A stretch of 64,000 bases of DNA from Chitinophagaceae bacterium (GCA_017882265.1 JADGPW010000140.1:25368-89367); one strand, 5' to 3'. Shown: positions 1-9,253, numbered from the stretch's first letter. Notes: generated from the sequence alone by a model not told the origin. A program made the numbers and translations.

Positions 1-1522
1 AATCACTAGTTTGAGTAAATAAGCCAAGTGGTTTAGAAAGAATAACAATAAAAGCTCTTGGAAACAAACCAATTGCCATTATCAAAAGCATTATAGCATA
101 CATGGGAATTAGTTTTCCAAATCCGGCTTCTCCGGGAGTGTGATTAAAATGGTGTCGGGGGATACCGAGAAAAACCGACCCAAAAGCTTTTGTAAAACAT
201 AACATGGCAAGTCCTCCTATGAGAGCTAATCCAAAAAGACCGCAAACAATAGACGAAAGTAAAGCATTGTCGGAACCGTTTAAGCCTTTGAACATTCCAT
301 TATAAATAAGGAACTCTGAAATAAATCCGTTGAAAGGGGGTAAACCGCAAATGGCAAGGGCAGCAATGAGGAACAGCAATGTAGTATGAGGCATTCGTTT
401 GCCCAGGCCGCCCAATTTTTCTATATCCATAGTGTGGGTAGACTGATATACATTACCAGCCCCATAAAATAAAAGCGATTTAAAAAGGGAGTGATTCAAT
501 GTATGAAGCAAGGCGCCGGCAAATCCTAAAACAGTTAATATATAGTTTCCCTTCCCCATTCCAATACAGCCCAGGCCAATACCCATTCCGATGATGCCGA
601 TGTTTTCAATACTGTGATAGGCCAGCAATTTTTTCAGGTTATGCTGGAGAATGGCCAGCATCACTCCATAAATTCCGGATAGGATAGAAAAAAACAGGAT
701 AATGTACCCGATTATAAGGTAATCACTTTTTATCAAAAGCAGCATCCGCAAAATACCGTATATACCGATTTTAATAATGACGCCAGACATGACGCCCGAT
801 ATATGCGATGGCGCTGCCGGATGCGCATAAGGCAACCAGGTATGAAAAGGGACGAAACCGGCTTTGATGGCAAATCCAATAAAAAAACATAGAAATAAAG
901 CAACACCGGTAAGCAAAGAATTAGAAGTGGTGAAAAGAGTGATGGCTTTAAAATCATAGGAATTCATCTTCAACGCTACCCAGATAAAACCCAGCGTTAA
1001 AAGCATAATGCAAATATGCGACTGGATTAAAAAATTTATTCCGGCGTTTAACGTCTCTCTTTTATGATGTTCAAAAATAACCACCAAAAAGGAAGACAAA
1101 GCCATTATTTCCCATGCAATAAGGAAAGCTATAGTATTTTGCAGGGAGCAAATACATAGTAAGCTTGACTGTACCATTATAAAACTGATACAATGAATGG
1201 ACAAATTAGCTTTTTGTGCCCGGTACACTTTCATATAATGCAATCCGTAAAAGGCTCCGGTAATGAAAGTGAAATTGATAATTAAGATAAACCAACCTGA
1301 TAATGCATCTATACGAACAGGAATCTTACCGGTTACCAATGATCCGTGAAACAAATATTCTGAATTGACGCCGTTCAACGCCCGAAGCGCGATGATACTG
1401 CTGAGAACTGAAACTACCATTACAGCCGTTAGGGTAATCATCCCTTTCCACGGTACGCTTACAAAAGGTATAAGCAAAACAGTTAAAAAGATAATTAGTA
1501 AAAACGCTGTAATAATTTCCAT
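1..1522 (-). CDS. Proton-conducting membrane transporter subunit, NuoL/HyfB-like (3' end runs off the left window edge)
   Basis: Own translation of the minus strand from the ATG at 1520-1522 is stop-free to position 1 (MEIITAFLLIIFLTVLLIPF...). It is absent from the ORF track because it leaves the window. It is paralogous to the 666-aa neighbour (WLPYAHPAAPSHISGVMSGVIIKIGIYG, LAYHSIENIGIIGMGIGLG, HTLNHSLFKSLLF). Its ATG overlaps the upstream stop (ATGA). Confidence 0.8.
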   Translation of the reverse strand, partial: MEIITAFLLIIFLTVLLIPFVSVPWKGMITLTAVMVVSVLSSIIALRALNGVNSEYLFHGSLVTGKIPVRIDALSGWFILIINFTFITGAFYGLHYMKVYRAQKANLSIHCISFIMVQSSLLCICSLQNTIAFLIAWEIMALSSFLVVIFEHHKRETLNAGINFLIQSHICIMLLTLGFIWVALKMNSYDFKAITLFTTSNSLLTGVALFLCFFIGFAIKAGFVPFHTWLPYAHPAAPSHISGVMSGVIIKIGIYGILRMLLLIKSDYLIIGYIILFFSILSGIYGVMLAILQHNLKKLLAYHSIENIGIIGMGIGLGCIGMGKGNYILTVLGFAGALLHTLNHSLFKSLLFYGAGNVYQSTHTMDIEKLGGLGKRMPHTTLLFLIAALAICGLPPFNGFISEFLIYNGMFKGLNGSDNALLSSIVCGLFGLALIGGLAMLCFTKAFGSVFLGIPRHHFNHTPGEAGFGKLIPMYAIMLLIMAIGLFPRAFIVILSKPLGLFTQTSD

Positions 1523-3522
1523 CAGATTAATTTAAAGATGGTTCCTAAAAACACCAGCACAATAAAAAAAATGCCATACATGATATACATTTGAATTTTA
1601 CCATTTTGAATAAACCGAAAATAATTCATGGAATACAAAAGCCTGTTAATAATAGTATTAAAAATCTTTGTTACAAAAAAATCATTGTAATGGGATGAAT
1701 GTTTTCTTTCTGCAGGAAATATTTCCTGAACTGTGATTTCTTTATATTTCTTCTTTTCCAGGACAATAAAATTCAACAGCTTTCCCAATGATTTTGAAAA
1801 TGATTTACCCGTGTACTGCATTCTTGATGTCGGTACGACGTATCCGCAACCCCAGGTTGAACGGCTTAACACAGGATGTTTACCGGAAAGACTTTTTCTT
1901 ATAAAATAAATTAAAATCAGCAGCAGTATAAACAACATAGTAAATTTCCCAATAGCAGTTATACTGTTAAGTAATGAGGCCGGGATCATCCTGTTTTCCA
2001 ATGAAGCCTTCGGGATAAATTCGAAAACGATTTTATTGACGACTGAAAAATAGTATTGAGGAAACAGGCCGATGGAAAGCATGATGAGTAAAATGAAATA
2101 TTGCGGCAATCGCATGTCCAATGTAACTTCCCTGGGTGGCTTGTGTAAATGGGTTCGTGGATTACCAAGAAATATTGTTCCAAAACTTTTTGTAAAAGTG
2201 AGCATGGAAATACCTCCGATTAAGGCCAGACCTGCCAGTGAAAATATCAACAGGGTAATATAATTAATCCCGATGGATTTGATGCCAAGCAGGATGCCAC
2301 TATATAACAGAAACTCTGAAACAAACCCATTAAAGGGAGGTAGTCCTCCGATGGCCATGCCACCTACCAGGAAAAGCATAGCTGTTTGCGGCATGCTGCG
2401 TACCAATCCACCCAGTTTTTCCATATCCCGTGTATGTGTTTGCTGATACACAGAGCCCGCAGTAAAGAAAAGGAGTGATTTAAAAAGTGAATGATTTAAT
2501 GTATGTAACAATGCCCCTGCAAATCCTAAAACAATCAACAAGGTATTTCCATTGCCTATTCCTAATAACCCGAGCCCGATACCTATACCAATGATCCCGA
2601 TATTTTCAATAGTGCAGTAAGCAAGCATTTTTTTAAAATCCCGGTGCACCGCTGCGTTCAGAATGCCGTACAACCCTGTCATGATAGAAAGGATGATTAT
2701 TATTTCTCCAATGACTGTATAATCGTATTTAAGGAAAAAAATGATCCGGAAAATTCCATAAATGCCCAACTTAACAATAACGCCTGACATCACTCCTGAA
2801 ATATGGGAAGGCGCTGCAGGGTGTGCCTGTGGCAGCCATGAATGTAAAGGAATAAACCCAGCTTTAATCCCAAACCCAACGAAAAATAAAAGGAACAGCC
2901 AAAGGTTAGCATGAGTGGTGAAGTATTTTTCAATGGCTGAAAACTCAAATGAACCTTCTGAAAAATACACCCAGATGAATGCAGTAGTAAGAAAGAGTAC
3001 CCCAATATGCATCTGAACAAGATAATTAATACCGGCCTGCAATGTTGCTTTATGCTGATGCTCAAAGATGACAAGAAGAAAAGAGGAAATGGACATCAAT
3101 TCCCATACAATCAGAAAAACCAAACCATTTTGTATAATGCAAACCCACAGCATAGAAGATTGAAACAACAAAAACATTATCCAGTGCATTGAAAGATTAG
3201 CCTTTTGCTGATCATATTGTTTCATATACCCTATACCATAAAAAGCCCCGTTAATACAGGTTAAATTTATAATAAGAATAAACCAGGATGACAGGCTGTC
3301 TATATGTAGTGAGATGTTTCCAAAGACCGGAGTTTGGCTAATGACAATATCAACAGCACTTCCTGTTAAGGCTTTAACAGCGGGAATTGATGTAATAACA
3401 GCTATTAAAAGCACAAAAAGAAAATTGACCTTAGCTCTGATTGAATGTGGAAGGAATGGAATTAAAATCATCCCCGCTATTGGCAAAAGTAAAGCCAAAG
3501 AAAGTAACAGAAAGCCCGTCAT
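1522..3522 (-). CDS. Proton-conducting membrane transporter subunit, NuoL/HyfB (hydrogenase-4 component B / Mrp antiporter D)-like
   Basis: 666-aa polytopic ORF with family motifs WLPQAHPAAPSHISGVMSGVIVKLGIYG, AYCTIENIGIIGIGIGLG, HTLNHSLFKSLLFFTAGSV and GGLPPFNGFVSEF. Confidence 0.9.
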   Translation of the reverse strand: MTGFLLLSLALLLPIAGMILIPFLPHSIRAKVNFLFVLLIAVITSIPAVKALTGSAVDIVISQTPVFGNISLHIDSLSSWFILIINLTCINGAFYGIGYMKQYDQQKANLSMHWIMFLLFQSSMLWVCIIQNGLVFLIVWELMSISSFLLVIFEHQHKATLQAGINYLVQMHIGVLFLTTAFIWVYFSEGSFEFSAIEKYFTTHANLWLFLLFFVGFGIKAGFIPLHSWLPQAHPAAPSHISGVMSGVIVKLGIYGIFRIIFFLKYDYTVIGEIIIILSIMTGLYGILNAAVHRDFKKMLAYCTIENIGIIGIGIGLGLLGIGNGNTLLIVLGFAGALLHTLNHSLFKSLLFFTAGSVYQQTHTRDMEKLGGLVRSMPQTAMLFLVGGMAIGGLPPFNGFVSEFLLYSGILLGIKSIGINYITLLIFSLAGLALIGGISMLTFTKSFGTIFLGNPRTHLHKPPREVTLDMRLPQYFILLIMLSIGLFPQYYFSVVNKIVFEFIPKASLENRMIPASLLNSITAIGKFTMLFILLLILIYFIRKSLSGKHPVLSRSTWGCGYVVPTSRMQYTGKSFSKSLGKLLNFIVLEKKKYKEITVQEIFPAERKHSSHYNDFFVTKIFNTIINRLLYSMNYFRFIQNGKIQMYIMYGIFFIVLVFLGTIFKLI

Positions 3523-3623
3523 AGATATTTGATAAAGTAGTTATTATTTGTTTACCTGGCAGTAGTAAGTTTTTATGACTAATAAAGTTATGCATATCTT
3601 TCAATTCACCTTCCTAATATTTA

Positions 3624-3893
3624 TTATTCTACCTTGCTGCGGTTATTATTCATTTGCTTTAAATAATTCAAAGCGTGTCGGATGTTACGCCTTGTCACGG
3701 AATCAAAATTTTCCCCTGAAAGTTTCTCCAATCCATTTTGCAGTACGTGCAAATAAATAATCACCAGGAACCTGTAGAGATCTTCTTCAGTGAATTGTTC
3801 AATAGAACGGTTGATGATCTGTTCGACTTCATCGCCATCAGCCGCTTTTTCTAATTCATGAAGAATCGTCTCTTTATATTCATCAATCATCAT
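3624..3893 (-). CDS. Hypothetical small acidic protein
   Basis: 89-aa ORF, same strand and immediately upstream of the HyfB-like genes. No motif recognised. Confidence 0.45.
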   Translation of the reverse strand: MMIDEYKETILHELEKAADGDEVEQIINRSIEQFTEEDLYRFLVIIYLHVLQNGLEKLSGENFDSVTRRNIRHALNYLKQMNNNRSKVE

Positions 3894-3909
3894 ACACTTT
3901 CCATTTAAT

Positions 3910-4206
3910 TCACATCTGAATAGTATTCATCCAGCTTTTCCAGTATGGCATTTTTAAAAGGGTATCTATAAAGCCAGCCGCATACCTGTAATTAGCTCCA
4001 TCCGCATTACCCCGGCAGGCTTCCCTCTTTTTAGCCAGCCAAACAGATAGCATTTTCAGGTACACGATGATTTTTTCATCATCAAAGCCATTGTCAAGCT
4101 GTTTTTTGATCGTGTATATAATTATCTTTTCACAATCCAAATACCCTTCCACCTGCTTTAGTTTATTGTGGATTTCTATACTTTCCGATTCAAAATCAAT
4201 TATCAT
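3910..4206 (-). CDS. Hypothetical protein
   Basis: 98-aa ORF, 16 nt upstream of the previous small ORF on the same strand. No motif recognised. Confidence 0.45.
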   Translation of the reverse strand: MIIDFESESIEIHNKLKQVEGYLDCEKIIIYTIKKQLDNGFDDEKIIVYLKMLSVWLAKKREACRGNADGANYRYAAGFIDTLLKMPYWKSWMNTIQM

Positions 4207-4228
4207 ACCCGTACCCTCCTTTTATTAA

Positions 4229-4834
4229 TTATACTTTGATCCAGTACTTAAGCAGGTTGTCAAATTCTGCTCCCACGAGCTGGTATCCCCGCGGCACTTC
4301 ATCTTCAAGACTGTGAAAAGTAGCCAGCCTGGTGCCTGACTCCATTTGTTCCAATTGTTTGTATAAATAGCGATTGTAATAATTGTACAGTTCACCGGAA
4401 TAAGCAATACTGTCATCTATTTTATCTGTTCCGGCCAGGTTTTCATAAAATGCATTGTAGAAATAAAAATGGTCGTAATTCTTAAAATCCAATTGGGTGA
4501 AATTGCCGTGGATAAAAGAAACATTTTCAGCATGAAGAATTTCTTTCGCTGTTTCCGCATAACTGATCAAACTGCTTCTTTGCTCAACTCCATAATAAAA
4601 CGCTTTGGATTTGTAATAAGAAGCCCCCAGGCAAAATTTCCCCACACCACTTCCAATATCTAAAATTCTTACATTGTTTTCGGCCGCTAAATAAATGGCT
4701 GCTTTCCTGGCTACGCGTAAAGGTGTCCAGTGTCTGCGGGCTAACCCCTGGATCGAATGAGGGTATAGCTGGTTAAACTGTTCATCGGAATTGAACCACT
4801 TTTTGGCCGGTATTATTTTTTCAAGCCAGGACAT
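4229..4834 (-). CDS. Class I SAM-dependent methyltransferase
   Basis: 201-aa ORF with the SAM-binding motif I VRILDIGSGVGKFCL. Confidence 0.75.
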   Translation of the reverse strand: MSWLEKIIPAKKWFNSDEQFNQLYPHSIQGLARRHWTPLRVARKAAIYLAAENNVRILDIGSGVGKFCLGASYYKSKAFYYGVEQRSSLISYAETAKEILHAENVSFIHGNFTQLDFKNYDHFYFYNAFYENLAGTDKIDDSIAYSGELYNYYNRYLYKQLEQMESGTRLATFHSLEDEVPRGYQLVGAEFDNLLKYWIKV

Positions 4835-4881
4835 AATTTTCTGCTTAAGGACGGGAACACAATTGATTTACTTCTGAATTG

Positions 4882-5289
4882 TCATTTTGCATATTTACTT
4901 TTACTATTCATCCCGTATTGCTTCGGAGGCAACAAATCCTGTCTTTCATAGGGTTGTGATGGTACAATTAAAGCGATCCACCCACTGGTTTCGGCATGAT
5001 GCAATAAGATATTTTGGTCGCCGGATACTATTTTGTCATTCATTTCAATCACTTTTCCATCAACAGGCATGTGCATTTCCACCTGATAATCATTATACTT
5101 AATAATAGCAATTATATCGCCCTGTTTCCGGAAACCCGGAGGGTTCGTAATAGTAATTTGATGTATTTGTTTAAAGCCCGGTAATTTAAAATGACATATA
5201 CCCGCATAGGCAACAGCTCCCTGGAAATCATTCCACTCATGATCCCGCGTAAAGAACAGGTCTTTGTTTATTGATTTTTCTTTATTCAT
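4882..5289 (-). CDS. Glycine-cleavage H-protein-like (lipoyl/biotinyl-domain fold) protein
   Basis: FTRDHEWNDFQGAVAYAGI...GDIIAIIKYNDYQVEMHMPVDGKVIEMNDKI...SGWIALI follows the GcvH layout (HEW, hairpin lysine region, PVxGxVxExN, GW). The canonical ESVKA context is not conserved. Confidence 0.6.
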   Translation of the reverse strand: MNKEKSINKDLFFTRDHEWNDFQGAVAYAGICHFKLPGFKQIHQITITNPPGFRKQGDIIAIIKYNDYQVEMHMPVDGKVIEMNDKIVSGDQNILLHHAETSGWIALIVPSQPYERQDLLPPKQYGMNSKSKYAK

Positions 5290-5293
5290 AATG

Positions 5294-5301
5294 CAAAGCT
5301 A
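5294..5301 (-). promoter_or_regulatory. Candidate Bacteroidota -7 promoter box (TAGCTTTG on minus strand)
   Basis: Matches the TAnnTTTG consensus, only ~5 nt upstream of the ATG of the GcvH-like gene. No -33 element was checked. Confidence 0.3.
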
Positions 5302-5371
5302 TTTTTCATATCTATGCATTACAGTAAACTTTATCACAGCAAAAAGTGATGTTTATCAATTTTTAAAGGAG

Positions 5372-5379
5372 TAAATTTG
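5372..5379 (+). promoter_or_regulatory. Candidate Bacteroidota -7 promoter box (TAAATTTG)
   Basis: Matches the TAnnTTTG consensus, 9 nt upstream of the ATG of the Crp/Fnr gene. Confidence 0.3.
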
Positions 5380-5387
5380 GTGACAAC

Positions 5388-6095
5388 ATGAGCATCAAAG
5401 GAATTTTTCCAATTGAAAAATGGGATTTTAAGAGTGAATCCGTTCTTGTCAATTTGCCACTTAAAGATGTAGAGCTATTAATGGCAAATAAAACGGAGCA
5501 GGTGTATAAGAAGGGCGGGATCATTTTCAGGGAAAGCGCTTACCCGACAGGTATCTTTTATATCATTGACGGAAAAGTTAAGAAATACAAAGTAGATAAA
5601 GACGGGAAAGAGCAAATTATTTATGTAGCCAACACAGGGGAATTATTAGGCTATCATGCCCTACTTTCCGAAGACCGGTATCCTGATTCTGCTGCTGCAA
5701 TAGAAGAAAGCCGGATTGCCTTTATACCCAGGGAAGATTTCCTTGTTACATTGGAACAATCAGATGTACTAAGCAGGCGGTTACTAAAAACACTGAGTCA
5801 TGAGTTTGCTGTTTTGGCAAACAGCCTTACGTTGTTTTCTCAAAAATCTGTCCGGGAACGTTTGGCATTGCAATTAGTAGTCATCCGGGAAAAGTATAAG
5901 ATCAATTTTCAACCTGGTATACCAATAGAAATCAATATGAGCAGGGATGATCTGGCCAGCCTGGTTGGTACCGCAAGAGAAAATGTAGTGAGAGTGCTTT
6001 CAGAATTTAAAGAACTCGGCATTTTAGAAACAAAAGGCAGAAAGATAATTGTACATGATGTAAATAAACTGGTTGAAATAGCAAATTACAGGTAA
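5388..6095 (+). CDS. Crp/Fnr family transcriptional regulator
   Basis: The N-terminal part is cNMP-binding beta-barrel-like (GGIIFRESAYPTGIFYIIDGKVKKYKVDKDGKEQII). The C-terminal part is an HTH (SRDDLASLVGTARENVVRVLSEFKELGIL). Confidence 0.9.
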   Translation: MSIKGIFPIEKWDFKSESVLVNLPLKDVELLMANKTEQVYKKGGIIFRESAYPTGIFYIIDGKVKKYKVDKDGKEQIIYVANTGELLGYHALLSEDRYPDSAAAIEESRIAFIPREDFLVTLEQSDVLSRRLLKTLSHEFAVLANSLTLFSQKSVRERLALQLVVIREKYKINFQPGIPIEINMSRDDLASLVGTARENVVRVLSEFKELGILETKGRKIIVHDVNKLVEIANYR

Positions 6096-6154
6096 ATTCA
6101 ATTTCGTTACCCTGCAAAGCTATTGCTGCTTTTTCCATTCTCCAGACAACACCT

Positions 6155-6448
6155 GTGGCCGATGGAACTATCTTAAGATGGGCATCTCTTATGGTGGATG
6201 AAATTATGTATATCGAAGGCATGAAGAATTATATCAAGATCTACACAGTTAACGGTATGCTGATCACAAAAAACTTCATGGCTGCGGTAGAGGCGATGCT
6301 TCCGGAAGAGTATTTTATAAGGGTCCACCGTTCCTTTATGGTTTCCAAATCAAAAATAAGATCATTGTCAACCGATATTATCGCCATCAATGACGTGGAA
6401 ATACCTATCGGAAAGCTTTTTAAACAAAATGTGATGAAATTATTGTAA
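6155..6448 (+). CDS. Stand-alone LytTR DNA-binding domain protein (no receiver domain)
   Basis: DEIMYIEGMKNYIKIYTVNGMLITKNFMAAVEAMLPEEYFIRVHRSFMVSKSKIRSL is a LytTR signature. The frame is closed by TGA at 6074-6076, so no REC domain can be attached. The start is GTG. Confidence 0.6.
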   Translation: MADGTILRWASLMVDEIMYIEGMKNYIKIYTVNGMLITKNFMAAVEAMLPEEYFIRVHRSFMVSKSKIRSLSTDIIAINDVEIPIGKLFKQNVMKLL

Positions 6449-6495
6449 TGGTAAATTTGGCCTTATTAATGTATGGGTTAATGTAAAGTAAAAAC

Positions 6496-7119
6496 CTATA
6501 TCAATTTATTCTCCACGGCTAATTTGATAAGTGTAGCGGTATTCTTTACATTCAGTTTTGCCAATAAATTTTTCCGGTGGCTGTCTACTGTAAAAGGGCT
6601 GAGAAATATTTTTTCAGCGATCTGCGGATTTGTGTATCCTTCGGCGATCAGTTCCAGCACTTCTTTTTCCCTGGGGGTCAACACCGGTAATGCCGATTTG
6701 GAATATTTCTGGTAATCGGCTAATGCCTGTCCAACTTCCCCGCTGAAAAAAATGTTCCCGTCCTTCACGGCGTGAATAGCGGCGATCAGGTCTTCTTTGG
6801 ACGAATTTTTTAATATATAACCCGAAGCACCATTCTCCATCATCTTTTTTATATACAAGCCCTGGTTGAATGTGCTTAACCCCAGGATAAAAACACCAGG
6901 ATATTTTTCTTTCATTACCGCACATAATTCCACTCCATCCATCCCCGGCATGCTGATGTCCATTAATACAATATCGGCCATATTGTTTACGAAAAAGCCC
7001 AGGCAGGAGGCTGCATTCATAGCATGTCCTGCCCATTCAATGCCATTTACATTTTGCAGTAAGGAATGGATCCCTTCAATCACCACAGGATGATCATCCA
7101 CGATAAATACACGAATCAT
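6496..7119 (-). CDS. Two-component response regulator, NarL/LuxR family
   Basis: REC domain (IRVFIVDDHP...IVLMDISMPGMDG) plus a LuxR-type HTH (LTPREKEVLELIAEGYTNPQIAEKIFLSPFTVDSHRKNL). Confidence 0.95.
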   Translation of the reverse strand: MIRVFIVDDHPVVIEGIHSLLQNVNGIEWAGHAMNAASCLGFFVNNMADIVLMDISMPGMDGVELCAVMKEKYPGVFILGLSTFNQGLYIKKMMENGASGYILKNSSKEDLIAAIHAVKDGNIFFSGEVGQALADYQKYSKSALPVLTPREKEVLELIAEGYTNPQIAEKIFLSPFTVDSHRKNLLAKLNVKNTATLIKLAVENKLI

Positions 7120-7120
7120 A

Positions 7121-9106
7121 TTATATATTAAATTCTATATTGACCAGTGTCCCTTTACCCGGACCTGTATGAATAGCCATTTGACCTTTTAAATATTCTA
7201 CCCGGCTGCGGACATTGACAAGGCCGGCCCCTTTACTATCTTCAGCGAGACCAGGATCAAATCCTTTCCCGTTATCCTCTACAACTACATTCAAACGATC
7301 TCCCTCCCGAATAAGTTGCACGAAAGTTTCTGTAGCCCCTGCATGTTTAAGAGTATTGTTCAATAATTCCTGCACAATACGGTAAATGATTATTTCAATG
7401 GACTTATCCAACCTGGTTTCCATGCCAAGTGACTGGTATTTTACCGTGATCAATTGTGCCGAATTGAGCATATTGCAATACTCCTTCAATGCTTCCTCCA
7501 AACCAAACTTTGACAGCATTTCCGGCATCATATTATGCGCCACCCTGCGCAATTCTTTAATGGAAGTATCGATCATGTCCAATGACCGTTCAAAAACAGC
7601 CATGTTATCCGGGGTAATAATTAAATTGTCTTTCATATTGCTCAGGGAAAATTTTACACCTGATAATAAACCGCCTAAACCATCGTGCAGGTCCTTGGCA
7701 AGCCGGCTTCTTTCCTCTTCCTGTCCTTTCAGCATGGAATCAACGGCAACTAATTGCTTATCTTTTTCCAGCTCACTGATGCGCTGCTGTTGTAATTCCG
7801 CTTCTTTTTTTGTGAGCATTTGCCGGTTACGGATATTGCGATAGATAAGAAATCCCGTCATCAGCAGGACGGCAATGGATCCAACCAGGATGATATTCAG
7901 AGTTGTTTTTTGTTTAATAGATAACAATTGCAGTTGTTTATCTTTTTGCAACTGGGCAATTACCAGTTGCTTTTTTTCATTCTGGTATTGTGCTTCAATA
8001 TCGGCTACCTTTTCACTGGTCTCCACTGTAAACAACGAATCACTCAGGATCAGGGTTTTTGAAAAGTATTCGCTGGCGGGTTTGTAATGACCGGCTTGTT
8101 GCTCGATCATTGCCCTTGTCTTGTATATTTCTTTCAGATCGGCCCGAGCCCCTACCCCCATCGCTAATTGTTCTGCTTTAATAATATAAAGTAAAGCAGA
8201 ATCTTCAAGGTTCAATTTATGATATACCTGTGCCAGCATGGAAAAAGAAGTACATAAATGATATTGATTGCCCATTTTCAATACATACTGATGTCCCTCC
8301 AGGTAATTACTTAAGGACGGCTGATATTGTTTTAGCTGGAAATAATAATCACCCAGGTTATCATACACCGTGGCAATTTGCTCTATATCTTCTCCTTTCT
8401 TTGCCAAAGGCAAAGCCTGTTGTAATAGTTCAAATTGTTTTCCAGGTTGCTGAAGAAGACCGTAGGTATTAGCCAGGTTTAGCAATGCATTTACCGAGGA
8501 ATAAGGATCGCCGATCTGTAGCGACAGCGCCACCGCTTTATTCCCATATTCAAGCGCTTTAATGTATTCTTTCTGATCGTTTAATAATGAATTGATATTG
8601 GAATACAATGCCGGCAAACGGTTCTTATCCGCACAGGTTTCCCATAAACGGGCGGCCTGCAGGTAATAGTCAATAGCTTTTACGCGATCATTTTTATGTA
8701 AATAGACATTCCCGATATTCGCTGTGATCCTGGCTACTTTTAATGTATCATTTAACATCCGGGCTACCGTGATGGCCTGTTCAAATGTCAGTACAGCGCT
8801 GTCCATTTTGTTTAGCTCAATATAGCAGACGCCAACATCGTTCAGGGATGATAACACCAGGGAATTGTTCTTCATTTGTTTACTGAGTGCCAGGGCCTGT
8901 TGGTAATAAACAAAACTTTTTTTAGTAGCAGTCGCTTCTATGGCTTCGCCAATGGCTAATAGTTTTCTTACTCTTACTGAATCATTGGCAGCTTTATTTA
9001 ATTGCCGGAGCAAGCTGTCCGGAACATTTTGCCCATGAATACCATAGCCGCAAACCAACAGTATCAGCGTCAACACAGAAAGCGAACAGGACTTAAATAG
9101 TTTCAT
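7121..9106 (-). CDS. Sensor histidine kinase with N-terminal TPR-repeat region (HisKA_3 / HATPase_c)
   Basis: TPR-like repeats over ~380 aa, one TM (ILVGSIAVLLMTGFLIY), a coiled coil, the H-box AKDLHDGLGGLLSG and an ATPase region (VEDNGKGF...GAGLVNV). The ORF-track start at 9166 is TTG. The ATG at 9106 gives the signal-like MKLFKSCSLSVLTLILLVCG. The stop lies 1 nt from the regulator start. Confidence 0.9.
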   Translation of the reverse strand: MKLFKSCSLSVLTLILLVCGYGIHGQNVPDSLLRQLNKAANDSVRVRKLLAIGEAIEATATKKSFVYYQQALALSKQMKNNSLVLSSLNDVGVCYIELNKMDSAVLTFEQAITVARMLNDTLKVARITANIGNVYLHKNDRVKAIDYYLQAARLWETCADKNRLPALYSNINSLLNDQKEYIKALEYGNKAVALSLQIGDPYSSVNALLNLANTYGLLQQPGKQFELLQQALPLAKKGEDIEQIATVYDNLGDYYFQLKQYQPSLSNYLEGHQYVLKMGNQYHLCTSFSMLAQVYHKLNLEDSALLYIIKAEQLAMGVGARADLKEIYKTRAMIEQQAGHYKPASEYFSKTLILSDSLFTVETSEKVADIEAQYQNEKKQLVIAQLQKDKQLQLLSIKQKTTLNIILVGSIAVLLMTGFLIYRNIRNRQMLTKKEAELQQQRISELEKDKQLVAVDSMLKGQEEERSRLAKDLHDGLGGLLSGVKFSLSNMKDNLIITPDNMAVFERSLDMIDTSIKELRRVAHNMMPEMLSKFGLEEALKEYCNMLNSAQLITVKYQSLGMETRLDKSIEIIIYRIVQELLNNTLKHAGATETFVQLIREGDRLNVVVEDNGKGFDPGLAEDSKGAGLVNVRSRVEYLKGQMAIHTGPGKGTLVNIEFNI

Positions 9107-9253
9107 GAATGTACAATATGGGTAATCCTCGTAAAGATTGCCATTCTCAATCACAAAATCAAACAATCCAATTAAAATACCCTTTTCGGGTGATTGGAAC
9201 CGGATTCAGTAGGAATCACTGTTTCGGGGGATAGGGAGGATGAGCTAAGTAAT

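Noticed and set aside
733-957. 74-aa ORF listed as the only ORF in the first 1.5 kb
   Set aside because: It is in the wrong frame. The real gene is the edge-truncated HyfB-like CDS (1-1522, minus) in another frame, which translates without stops and matches its paralogue.
1-3522. Calling the HyfB-like genes a hydrogenase or formate hydrogenlyase
   Set aside because: Antiporter-like subunits are shared by complex I, Mrp, Mbx, DAB and group-4 hydrogenases. No catalytic subunit is present in the window, so only the generic family call is supported.
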